A DNA stretch of 55,523 nt from an uncultured Gemmatimonadales bacterium. Its GTDB lineage: Bacteria > Gemmatimonadota > Glassbacteria > GWA2-58-10. The notes under the pieces were generated by a model, which was not told where the DNA came from, searched no databases, and saw nothing but the letters and a program-made list of their open reading frames with translations. The stretch is taken from contig CAYLSM010000002.1 of the NCBI GenBank assembly GCA_964386505.1, positions 1 to 55,523 of the forward strand, in the 5' to 3' direction. The translations under genes and the position numbers were made by a program. Below, one piece after another: positions 30,723-39,075 of this stretch (position 1 is its first letter; each line of letters begins with the position of its first letter).

Positions 30723-31997
30723 ATGAAAAACCTTCTTCTCGTCTCCTACTTTTTCCCGCCCCACGGCGGCGCGGGCGTGCTGCGTCCTCTGGAGACAGTC
30801 CGTCTGCTGGAGCCGCTGGGCTGGCGCTGCTCGGTGGTGGCCGGACCGGCCGAGGGCTACTGGTTCAGCGATCCGGCGCTTCTGGAGCGTGTGCCGGCCT
30901 CGGCCGAGGTGCGTCGCACCCGCGCCTGGTCCGGCCCGCGCCTGCTGCGCCGCGGAGCCGCCGGGCCGCGGAGGGATGAGGCTCTGATCGGCCGCCTGCG
31001 CAGGGTCGCCGACTGGCTGCCCCTGCCCGATGTCTATTGCGGCTGGGTGCCGTTCGCCGTGCACGCGGCCATGGAACTGGCCCGCAAGGCCGACTGCATC
31101 CTCTCCACCAGCCCGCCCGAGTCGGCCCACTGCGTGGCCGGCTACGTGGCCCGCCGCACCGGCCTGCCCTGGGTCGCCGATTTCCGCGACCCCTGGCTGC
31201 AGGGTATCTACCGCTGCTATCCCAGCCGCTTGCAGCGGGCCTGGCAGTCGAGCTACGAGGCCCGCGCCGTGCGCCACGCCAGTCTGGTCATCGCCAACAC
31301 GCCCGAGGCGGCCGAGGATTTCCGCGCGCGCTACCCCGGCCTGCCGCAAGCCAAGTTCCAAACCGTGCCCAACGGTTTCGACCCGGCGGAGTTCGACAAC
31401 CTCGCCCGTCCGCAGACGCAGCCCGGAGTGTTCCGTCTGGTCCACGCCGGCGGCCTGACCCTGGAGCGCGACCCGCTGCCGTTTATCCGGGCCTTCACCC
31501 GGGTGCGTCAGAGGCTGTCCGGGCGGCTGCGACTGGTGCTGGAGCTGGTAGGGCCGCTGGCGCCGAAATTTCTGGAGGAAGCCCGCGGCCTGGGCCTGGG
31601 CGCGGATCTGGAGCTGACAGGCTGGGTCGGCCGCCGCACGGCCCTGGAGCGGCTGGCCGCCGCCGACTGCGGAGTGCTGCTCGAGGCGTTCCGTCCCGGC
31701 GCCGAGCTGGTCACCCCGCTCAAGCTCTACGACTACCTGGGCGCGGGGTTGCCCGTGCTGGCCGTGGCCCCCTCAGGTGCGGCCACCCGCACTCTGGAGC
31801 GCCTGGATGCGGGGCTTGCGGTAAGCGCCCCGGATGAGGACGCCATCGCCGCGGCGCTGGAGACACTGATCACCCGGGTGCAGCACGAGGGTGAGTCCCT
31901 GCGGGGGCGTATCCGCGCCGCCGCGGCCGAGTTCGAACGCGCTCGCCAGGTGGAGCGCCTGGCCGGATTGCTCGGGCGTATCCTGCCGGTGGGCTGA
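30723..31997 (+). CDS. Glycosyltransferase (GT-B fold, GT4-like)
   Basis: [20 protein letters not shown]-terminus; C-terminal E..(K)LYDYLGAGLPVLA nucleotide-sugar motif. Confidence 0.85.
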   Translation: MKNLLLVSYFFPPHGGAGVLRPLETVRLLEPLGWRCSVVAGPAEGYWFSDPALLERVPASAEVRRTRAWSGPRLLRRGAAGPRRDEALIGRLRRVADWLPLPDVYCGWVPFAVHAAMELARKADCILSTSPPESAHCVAGYVARRTGLPWVADFRDPWLQGIYRCYPSRLQRAWQSSYEARAVRHASLVIANTPEAAEDFRARYPGLPQAKFQTVPNGFDPAEFDNLARPQTQPGVFRLVHAGGLTLERDPLPFIRAFTRVRQRLSGRLRLVLELVGPLAPKFLEEARGLGLGADLELTGWVGRRTALERLAAADCGVLLEAFRPGAELVTPLKLYDYLGAGLPVLAVAPSGAATRTLERLDAGLAVSAPDEDAIAAALETLITRVQHEGESLRGRIRAAAAEFERARQVERLAGLLGRILPVG

Positions 31998-32046
31998 GAT
32001 ACGGGCCTGAATATTTTATTTTGCAGCGGACAGGTTCCTATTCCCT

Positions 32047-32075
32047 TTGACAGGCGCAGCCTGAAGGCTTAAATT
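32047..32075 (+). promoter_or_regulatory. Candidate sigma70 promoter of the LOG operon
   Basis: TTGACAGG...N17...TAAATT. Confidence 0.45.
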
Positions 32076-32199
32076 ACAAACGTAAACCGAGTTGGATTAT
32101 GGCCAAGTGTAATTATTCCAGAGAGTTAAGTTATGAAATGACTAAAATGTCCACCTGGCGCGCGGGGCTTTGCCGCCTGCGGCGCCGGAAAGAGAGACG

Positions 32200-33141
32200 A
32201 TGAGCGACAAGCTGCAAGCCCCTCCTCCCAAGAACATGGTCCCGCGCGATTTCCTTCTCTCGCCGGAAGCGCACTCGATCCGCAGCGTTGCGGACAGCTT
32301 ATACCCCTCATACCTGCGTGCCTGCCTGCGCCGGGGTGACCCGGCCGACATAGAGCCGATCCCGGTGCTGGACGAGGCGTTCATGAACAGCCACGAGGGC
32401 CGCTGGGTGAGGATTCTGGCCGAGACGACCTTTGCCGAAGTCAGCATGCAGAAACACAAGGTGCACCACACGGTTGTGTTTTTCGGCTCTGCCCAGATAC
32501 CGGAGAAACAGACCGCCGCGGAGGGCCTGCGCCAGGCCCGCGAGCGCGCGGACCAGAAAGACATCGAGCGCTGGGAACGGACGCTCGACATTTCGAAGTA
32601 CTACGATCAGGCGCGCGAACTGGCGGCGAAACTGACCGCCTGGTCCATGGAGCAGGGCGTGCCGGACGACCCGCAGCCGTTTGTGGTCTGCACCGGCGGA
32701 GGGCCCTCGATCATGGAGGCGGGCAACCGCGGGGCGGCGGACGTGAACGGCAAGTCAATCGGGCTGAACATTTTCCTGCCCCACGAACAGGCCTCCAACC
32801 CCTATATCAGCCCGGAGCTGGATTTCCATTTCCACTACTTTTTCACCCGCAAGTTCCATTTCCTCTACCGGGCCAAAGCTTTGGTGGTATTCCCGGGCGG
32901 CTACGGCAGCCTGGACGAGATGTTCGAGGTTCTCAACCTGATCAAGACCCGCAAGATCGTAAAATCGATGGCCGTGGTACTGTTCGGCAGCCGGTTCTGG
33001 AAACGGGTGATCGATTTCCAGTACTTGGCCGACTGCGGAGTGATCCACACGGATGACCTGGAAGCTTTCAGCTATGCCGATACGGTCGAGGAGGCGCTCA
33101 AGCGCCTGACCCGGCACCTGCAGAAATACCTCAACCGGTGA
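32200..33141 (+). CDS. LOG-family (TIGR00730-type) nucleotide 5'-monophosphate nucleosidase-like protein with an N-terminal extension
   Basis: VVFFGS, CTGGGPSIMEAGNRGA, and PGGYGSLDE (PGGxGTxxE) motifs. In-frame TTG at 32170 is an alternative start. Confidence 0.85.
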   Translation: MSDKLQAPPPKNMVPRDFLLSPEAHSIRSVADSLYPSYLRACLRRGDPADIEPIPVLDEAFMNSHEGRWVRILAETTFAEVSMQKHKVHHTVVFFGSAQIPEKQTAAEGLRQARERADQKDIERWERTLDISKYYDQARELAAKLTAWSMEQGVPDDPQPFVVCTGGGPSIMEAGNRGAADVNGKSIGLNIFLPHEQASNPYISPELDFHFHYFFTRKFHFLYRAKALVVFPGGYGSLDEMFEVLNLIKTRKIVKSMAVVLFGSRFWKRVIDFQYLADCGVIHTDDLEAFSYADTVEEALKRLTRHLQKYLNR

Positions 33142-33172
33142 GGCCGCCCGGTCTGACAGCGGAGGTGAGAGA

Positions 33173-33529
33173 ATGCGCTGTAAGCAGATCCTGAAGCAGA
33201 CACAGGGTGAGGTCTCGGAGGTGGAGCTGGAAGGGCTTCGCTGCAGCCGGGCAGAAATCTGCCGCCGCAAGGGCATCTGCGCTCTGTCGCCCTGGGCGCG
33301 CCCCGAACTGGTGCCGCTGGATGAGGAGAACGCCCCGGCCGGCATGGACAACACCGCCGAGCACGCCTGCTCCACCTCGTACGAGGTGCTCAAGTTCAAG
33401 TATTCACTGGGCTTCCACTGGGTGCGCATGGAGAATTTCGAGGAGGCGGTGCGCCTGATCGACAGCCAGCCGGTGGATGAGCAGCCGCGGATGATCCGCC
33501 GTATCGAGTATTTCAAACTGCCGGAGTAG
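33173..33529 (+). CDS. Hypothetical Cys-containing protein (118 aa)
   Basis: GGAGG 7 nt upstream, strong GC3 bias, and a 31-nt gap after the LOG gene. No family recognised. Confidence 0.65.
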   Translation: MRCKQILKQTQGEVSEVELEGLRCSRAEICRRKGICALSPWARPELVPLDEENAPAGMDNTAEHACSTSYEVLKFKYSLGFHWVRMENFEEAVRLIDSQPVDEQPRMIRRIEYFKLPE

Positions 33530-33533
33530 GCCG

Positions 33534-33848
33534 ATGTCCGTACGCGACCCGATGACCGCCAGGCTCCTGGCCGACAGAATGGTCGGCTCGTTTTTCGATG
33601 GGCTGAGCGAGGTAGAGCGCCTGCAGATCGCTTTCGGCGGCGAGCGGGCCAGCCAGTCCACCGCTTTTTCGATGCTTGCCTATACCCTGAATGTCTACCT
33701 GGCCGAACTCTCTCTGCCCGAGGAACAGGGACGGGAGTTTTTCCAGGCGGCGATACAGAAAAAAATCCAGCAACTGCGCCAGTCCGCCCGGCCCGAGAAA
33801 GCCGCCGGCGGAGGCGCCGCCACGGAGAGGAACGATGAAACGACGTGA
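33534..33848 (+). CDS. Hypothetical protein (104 aa)
   Basis: GGAG 7 nt upstream, a 4-nt gap after the previous gene, and a 14-nt overlap with the next gene. No family recognised. Confidence 0.55.
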   Translation: MSVRDPMTARLLADRMVGSFFDGLSEVERLQIAFGGERASQSTAFSMLAYTLNVYLAELSLPEEQGREFFQAAIQKKIQQLRQSARPEKAAGGGAATERNDETT

Positions 33849-34773
33849 TTTTCTTTACGGCCTGCCGGCAGCACTTGGAGCCGCGGCCCTGCTCGGCCGG
33901 GCCGGGGACGCCGAGGCGGCCTGGCTGTCGCATTTCGCCCTGGGGGCGATCAGCGACGAGATCGACCCGGACATGGAGAAAGCCTGCACTTTCCTGCGCC
34001 AGTTCGGACTGGGCTGGGTCGAGATCCGCGATGCCTGGGGCACCTATGTGACCGACATCGACAGCCCCACCCTGGAGCGGCTCAAAGGTGTGATCGATGC
34101 CAGCGGCCTCAGGGTCTCGGTGGTGGACACCGCCCTTTTCAAGACCACGCTGCCCGGCACGCATCCCGACCAGGGCCAGAGCGACCAGTACCCCTATGCC
34201 GCGCAGTTCGATCTGCTCAAGCGCGCGGTGGAAAAAGCCGTGGCCCTGCAGGCGCCGTACCTGCGTATTTTCGATTTCTGGCGTTGCCGCGAGCAGAACC
34301 GGATAATGGACGAGGTCTGCGAGCACCTGGACCGGGCCATCGAGATCGCCCGTCCGGCCGGGGTGCGTCTGCTGGTGGAGAACGAGTACTCCTGCCATAC
34401 CGGCACCGGCGCAGAGCTGGCCAGTCTGCAGAAAAAGATCAACCACCCCTACCTGGGTTTCATCTGGGACCCGATGAACTGCCTGGTGGCCGGGGTGGCC
34501 CCTTATCCGGACGAGTACGACAAGCTGGACAAGGCCCGCATTTTTCACGTGCACATCAAGGACGCACTCAAGGACCCGGCCGAGGGCCGCTACAAGGCGG
34601 TGCGGGTGGGCGCAGGCCAGGTGGACTGGGTCGGCCAGTTCCGGGCGCTGCTGCGTGACGGGTTCCGGGGCACGCTCAGCCTGGAGACCCATTACAACGG
34701 GGCGGACGGCACCCGGCGCTCGGCCAGCCTGGAATCGATGACCTCGATCTTCGAGCTGATAAAAAAAGCCTGA
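33835..34773 (+). CDS. Tat-signal xylose-isomerase-like TIM-barrel protein (sugar phosphate isomerase/epimerase family)
   Basis: MKRRDFLYGLPAALGAAALL twin-arginine signal; AP_endonuc_2-type barrel motifs (VENE, HVHIKD). Confidence 0.85.
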   Translation: MKRRDFLYGLPAALGAAALLGRAGDAEAAWLSHFALGAISDEIDPDMEKACTFLRQFGLGWVEIRDAWGTYVTDIDSPTLERLKGVIDASGLRVSVVDTALFKTTLPGTHPDQGQSDQYPYAAQFDLLKRAVEKAVALQAPYLRIFDFWRCREQNRIMDEVCEHLDRAIEIARPAGVRLLVENEYSCHTGTGAELASLQKKINHPYLGFIWDPMNCLVAGVAPYPDEYDKLDKARIFHVHIKDALKDPAEGRYKAVRVGAGQVDWVGQFRALLRDGFRGTLSLETHYNGADGTRRSASLESMTSIFELIKKA

Positions 34774-34798
34774 GTCCTGGCCGGTTACTTAGCGCAGA

Positions 34799-34836
34799 AT
34801 AAAAAGGGGGACACGTAAAGCGTGTCCCCCTTTTTA
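34799..34836. terminator. Bidirectional intrinsic terminator between the TIM-barrel and VOC genes
   Basis: AAAAA-gggggacacg-taaag-cgtgtccccc-TTTTT. Confidence 0.8.
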
Positions 34837-34855
34837 CTATCACGTACTGAGACTC

Positions 34856-35218
34856 TCAGCGCACTTTTGAATCAACCTCCCACAGCCCGAACTGGTTGCC
34901 GTCCTGGTCCTCAAGGATCGCAAATCGCCCCATGCCCGGAACGATAGTTTCCGGGACGACCAGCTTGGCCCCCAGGCCCTCGGCTTTTTTTACATAGGCC
35001 TTGAGCGATTCCACGGAGATGTAGTTTGTCCAGCGGTGCCCGGGGTTCTGACGGCCCATCAGGCCGCCGGAGGGCCCCTGGCCGCCGGTCTTGATCTGCA
35101 GGTAGAGGGTGTCCCCCAGGCTCAGTTCCTGGAATGTCCAGCCGAACAGCTCCCCGTAGAATTCCCGCGCCCGGTCGACCGAGTCGGCCGGTATCTCGAA
35201 ATGGCAGACATCCGGCAT
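34856..35218 (-). CDS. VOC (glyoxalase/bleomycin-resistance fold) family protein
   Basis: HFEIPADSVDRAREFYGELFGW ... FAILEDQDGNQFGL. Confidence 0.9.
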   Translation of the reverse strand: MPDVCHFEIPADSVDRAREFYGELFGWTFQELSLGDTLYLQIKTGGQGPSGGLMGRQNPGHRWTNYISVESLKAYVKKAEGLGAKLVVPETIVPGMGRFAILEDQDGNQFGLWEVDSKVR

Positions 35219-35280
35219 AGTCCGCTCTCCTTATCCGATTGGGGCCGCTCGCGCTGGTGACTGCCGCAGGCGGTCCGGGT

Positions 35281-36480
35281 TTATTTATCAGTGGCGAATG
35301 AGGCGAAGTTTTTCACCCCCCAGCCCTGGACTGCCAACTGCGGAATGTGGAAATTGTGGTGCAACCCGGCGAAAGCCTGGGCGTTGGGGCCCCAGGCCAG
35401 AAGCGGCACCGCGCCGCCGGTGTGGTCGCCGTGGGTCCAGCCGGCGGTGATCGTGCCCTCTTTCTCGTTGGCGTCGTTGATCGCCAGGCCGCCGGTCTCG
35501 TGGTCCGCTGTCACCAGCACCAGCGTGTTGCCGTCTTTCGCGGCGAAATCCACGGCTTTGGCGATGGCCTGGTCGAAATCCAATGTTTCGGCCACATTGC
35601 CCTGCAGGTTGTTGGCGTGGCCTTCCCAGTCGATCTGGCTGCCCTCGACCATCAGGAAAAATCCTTTCTGGTTGTGGCTGAGCACCTTGATCGCATCCTC
35701 GACCATCTCAGGGAGAGGAATCTCACGCTGCGGGGCCTTGGCCATATGGTAGGGGGTGAACAGACCGGCCACGGACTGCACCTTGTTCAGGTCGAGGGCG
35801 CGGAACTCCTCCACCGAGGTGGTCACGGTCATGCCGCGCTTGCGCATTGCGGCCAGAAGGTCGAGGTCGTCATCGCGCCGGCTTTCTTTGCTCACCGCGG
35901 GCAGGAAATAGCTGTACCCGCCGCCCAGCAGCACATCCACCGGGGCCACGCTGATCTGGCGGGCGATCTCCCATTCGTTGTTGCGGTCCTTGACATGCGC
36001 CAGGAAATCGGCGGGCGTGGCGTGGGTCACCGAGCAGGTCACCACCACGCCGGTGCTCTTGCCCAGACCCTTGGCCAGTTCCAGAATGGTCTTCATCGGA
36101 CGGCCGTCCTTGTCGGCGCCGATCCGGCCGTTGGTGGTGCGCTGCCCGCAGGAGATGGCGGTGCCGCCCGCGCCTGAATCGGTGATGAAATCGTTGCTCA
36201 GCGACCAGGTGAGCGACTGGCCCAGGGCCTGCGCCTTGTCCATGACCAGGCCGTCACCGCGGCCGAAACTGGCGGCGCGCGCCGCACCCACGGCGTTGAC
36301 CCCCATACCGTCGCCGATAAGGATGATGATGTTCTTGACCGGTTTCACGTTCGGGATGGCGGTGGCATCGCCCACCTGGGCGAAACTGGCGACTTTGACG
36401 GTGTCGTTCTGGTCGGCGGCATACACAGGAAGCGAAAGCGCCAGCAGAGCGACCAGGGCCAGATGCAGCAGTCTTTTCAT
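35281..36480 (-). CDS. phoA: Alkaline phosphatase (PhoA family), secreted
   Basis: Signal peptide, GDGMG, TDSGAGGTA (nucleophile Ser), TADHETGG. Confidence 0.93.
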   Translation of the reverse strand: MKRLLHLALVALLALSLPVYAADQNDTVKVASFAQVGDATAIPNVKPVKNIIILIGDGMGVNAVGAARAASFGRGDGLVMDKAQALGQSLTWSLSNDFITDSGAGGTAISCGQRTTNGRIGADKDGRPMKTILELAKGLGKSTGVVVTCSVTHATPADFLAHVKDRNNEWEIARQISVAPVDVLLGGGYSYFLPAVSKESRRDDDLDLLAAMRKRGMTVTTSVEEFRALDLNKVQSVAGLFTPYHMAKAPQREIPLPEMVEDAIKVLSHNQKGFFLMVEGSQIDWEGHANNLQGNVAETLDFDQAIAKAVDFAAKDGNTLVLVTADHETGGLAINDANEKEGTITAGWTHGDHTGGAVPLLAWGPNAQAFAGLHHNFHIPQLAVQGWGVKNFASFATDK

Positions 36481-36544
36481 TTTGCGGTCTCCGTTTTGGG
36501 ATAGTCAAGATTGAGAAAAAATGACAAAGAAAGCATTTTAGGAC

Positions 36545-36574
36545 AATATAGGGTCATTCCGGCTTTGCAGTCAA
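36545..36574 (-). promoter_or_regulatory. Candidate sigma70 promoter of phoA
   Basis: Minus strand reads TTGACT-N18-TATATT. Confidence 0.35.
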
Positions 36575-36604
36575 CCGGTAAAAGATGGTTGTGTGTTTGA
36601 AATG

Positions 36605-36640
36605 GAAAAGAAAACGCGCCGCACCGGGGAGTGCGACGCG
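36605..36640 (-). terminator. Intrinsic terminator after the lipoprotein gene
   Basis: 10-bp stem (one G-U pair) followed on the minus strand by TTTTCTTTTC. Confidence 0.7.
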
Positions 36641-36674
36641 CATGTCGGAGAAAACCAGCCGAGGCTGAAGAGAT

Positions 36675-37667
36675 TCAAAGCCCCGAAGTTGCGGCCAACG
36701 GGACGACCGCGAAACGGAACTGCGGCACGTGGTCATCCGGCGCGAACTCGTACAGCCACTGGTTGCCGGGCGACAGGGGCATGTAGTCGGTCAGGGTTGT
36801 GCCGCTCAGGTCGAGGTTCGCCCCGCTGTAGCCCAGCAGCGCCCCGGCGGCCTCCTGCCCGAACGCCGTGACCAGGTGGTAGTAAATGATCCCGATGTTG
36901 GGGGCCAGGTAGGCCTGTATGTGGCCCTGTCCCGAATTGGCCTTGCCCTCGATCATGATCACGTCGTTGAACTGCCCCAGCGACTTGCTGCTGGCGGTCA
37001 ACTGGACCGAGCCGATATAGTGGATGCTGTAGCCGAACACCTCGACAAATTCACTCCCGCTGCCGTTGCTCACATAGACCGGGTCGCCGGTCCACTTGCG
37101 GGTGGTGTCGGTGGGATAGCCGATATAGGGTTCGCTCAGCAGGGTGAGCATCAGGTCGGTGGCGAAGCCGTTGAAAGTGCTGCGCACCGAGTACTGGGTG
37201 AAACGGTTCACCCGGACGAAATTGAGCGAGCCGGAGGAGGTCTCGCGCAGCCCCTCCCAGTCGAAAGTCTCCCGGTGCCGCAGCCAGCCGGACTGCTTGA
37301 TGAATTCCACCGCTCCGGCCAGGTTTTCCAGGTTCGCGTTGTTCTGGTTGTTGCCCCGGAACAGGTAGCCCGAGTTGGAGGTCCAGAACGGCTCCACGGC
37401 GAAAGAGAGCTCGAGGCCCTGGCTGGCGGTGGTGGTGGGGGTGACCTCGTACAGCGTGCCGTCTGCTTTGACCAGCTTGAACCCTGAACTCTTGGTGATC
37501 GGGTTGCCGCTGTCGTCAAGGTAGTTGTCCCACCAGTGCTCGGCGGAGGTTTCATCGCCGGGGTCGACCGTTCCGCCGCCGCCGTCCTTGCCGCAACCGG
37601 AAGCGCCCGCCAGGAGCGCAATCAGAAGAACATAGGCCAGGCTGATCGGGAAATACGCTTTCTTCAC
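36675..37667 (-). CDS. Hypothetical lipoprotein
   Basis: GTG start after AGGAG gives VKKAYFPISLAYVLLIALLAGASGC (lipobox). The ORF could extend to ATG at 37703. No family recognised. Confidence 0.7.
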   Translation of the reverse strand: MKKAYFPISLAYVLLIALLAGASGCGKDGGGGTVDPGDETSAEHWWDNYLDDSGNPITKSSGFKLVKADGTLYEVTPTTTASQGLELSFAVEPFWTSNSGYLFRGNNQNNANLENLAGAVEFIKQSGWLRHRETFDWEGLRETSSGSLNFVRVNRFTQYSVRSTFNGFATDLMLTLLSEPYIGYPTDTTRKWTGDPVYVSNGSGSEFVEVFGYSIHYIGSVQLTASSKSLGQFNDVIMIEGKANSGQGHIQAYLAPNIGIIYYHLVTAFGQEAAGALLGYSGANLDLSGTTLTDYMPLSPGNQWLYEFAPDDHVPQFRFAVVPLAATSGL

Positions 37668-37810
37668 CTTCTCTCCTGTCGAGAATATTGAATACTGCCG
37701 CAATTCAATCGGTCTTCGCTCGTCGCGGGCCTCAATCAGCCGCGCGCGGCCGCATCACGCCGTATCGACAAATCAGGTGACAGTAGTTCGGGCTCCTTTG
37801 GGTCCTGTTT

Positions 37811-38695
37811 TTACAAGCGGTCCTGGTAGGCCAGGAAAAGCGCCCGGTAATATTTCATCACACGGACCGGGTCGGCGCTCTCGGGTATCTCGGCGCAGCA
37901 GTAGCCCTTGTAGCCGGAGCTTTTGAGCAGGCCGAAAAGCTTGCGCCAGGGGTAGTCCTCGATGAACAGGTCGCGCATGTGCACGAAATGGATCCGTCCG
38001 GACACCAGCGAGAAATTGTGCTCCAGCCCGCCGTCCTCCAGGTCCGTTTCGTTGCAGTTCCAACAGACATATACATTCGGGCTGGTGGTCTGTTCCATGA
38101 TGGGGTGATAAACCGGGAAACTGCTGGTCTGGGGGCCGTGCACCTCGACCCGCACCTCCACGCCCAGGTCGGCGCCGAAAGCGCCCACTTCGTCTAGGCT
38201 GCGGGCGATCTGGGCGATTGTTTTCTCGCGCGGCACGCCCTCTTTCTCGTGCAGGCCGTTGGGCCGAACCTTTACCCCGTCGCAGCCCAGGTCCGCGGCC
38301 AGTTTCAGATATTCCTTGGTCCCGTCGATATTGCTTTTCAACTCGGCCGGGTCGAGCGCGTGGAACTCGAAAGCGCTGCCCAGGCTGGCCAGGCGCACCG
38401 GCGAGTCCTCGAAACGCTTGCGCACCTCGGCGCGCTGGGCGGCGCTCAGACCCACCTCCACGCCGTGGGCGTGGGTGGTGCGCAGCTCCACTGCGGCAAA
38501 TTTGGCCTCGGTGCAGTTGGCGATGAGGGTGGGGACATCCCAGTCCTTGGCCAGGTTGTAGGTGACCAGGCCCACGCTGGGGCCCTGGCCCGAGGGGTCC
38601 TCGTAACGCGCGCTCAGCTCGGCGGCCGAAAGCCCGAGCAGGGCCGGGGCGCAGGCGGCGGCCCCGATGAAACGCCGACGGTTGATACCGGCCAT
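37811..38695 (-). CDS. Tat-signal xylose-isomerase-like TIM-barrel protein
   Basis: MAGINRRRFIGAAACAPALL twin-arginine signal; TIM-barrel motifs (VELR, VEVH, HMRD). Confidence 0.85.
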   Translation of the reverse strand: MAGINRRRFIGAAACAPALLGLSAAELSARYEDPSGQGPSVGLVTYNLAKDWDVPTLIANCTEAKFAAVELRTTHAHGVEVGLSAAQRAEVRKRFEDSPVRLASLGSAFEFHALDPAELKSNIDGTKEYLKLAADLGCDGVKVRPNGLHEKEGVPREKTIAQIARSLDEVGAFGADLGVEVRVEVHGPQTSSFPVYHPIMEQTTSPNVYVCWNCNETDLEDGGLEHNFSLVSGRIHFVHMRDLFIEDYPWRKLFGLLKSSGYKGYCCAEIPESADPVRVMKYYRALFLAYQDRL

Positions 38696-39075
38696 CTTTG
38701 TTTACCTCCGGATTGAGAGTGTGATTTGCAGGAATATTACTCCACCCGGCGCGCCGCCACAAGAGAAAACGCGTGGACGCTCCGGCCCGGGGGGGGTTGA
38801 TAGTAATTTATCAATATGCAAACAAGTGCATAAAACTGCATAATTTTAACTATAGCCGGATCGAGGTCGTGACCTGTGCCGGCGCGTGTTTTGCGCGGCT
38901 TGCACCCTCTCTGTGGCTTGTGCCGCGCCGACTTGATTTTTGCCTTCCATAGCGTTACATCTAAGAAAGACCGGTTGGTGAATACAGGCGCGGTGAGCGC
39001 CTGTTGAATTTTATGCCGATTGCTGAATAATCCACGCCGGGCGCGCGGATTATTATTATACAAAGGGGACAGACA

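Noticed and set aside
32755-34692. 645-aa minus-strand ORF spanning four plus-strand genes in three different frames
   Set aside because: The product is Arg/Ser/Ala-rich junk with no motifs. The plus-strand genes have SD sequences, strong GC3 bias and, for two of them, clear family signatures (LOG, TIM barrel).
37773-38762. 329-aa minus-strand ORF overlapping the TIM-barrel gene in another frame
   Set aside because: The product is Arg/Pro/Gly-rich junk. The alternative frame (37811-38695) has a Tat signal and TIM-barrel motifs.
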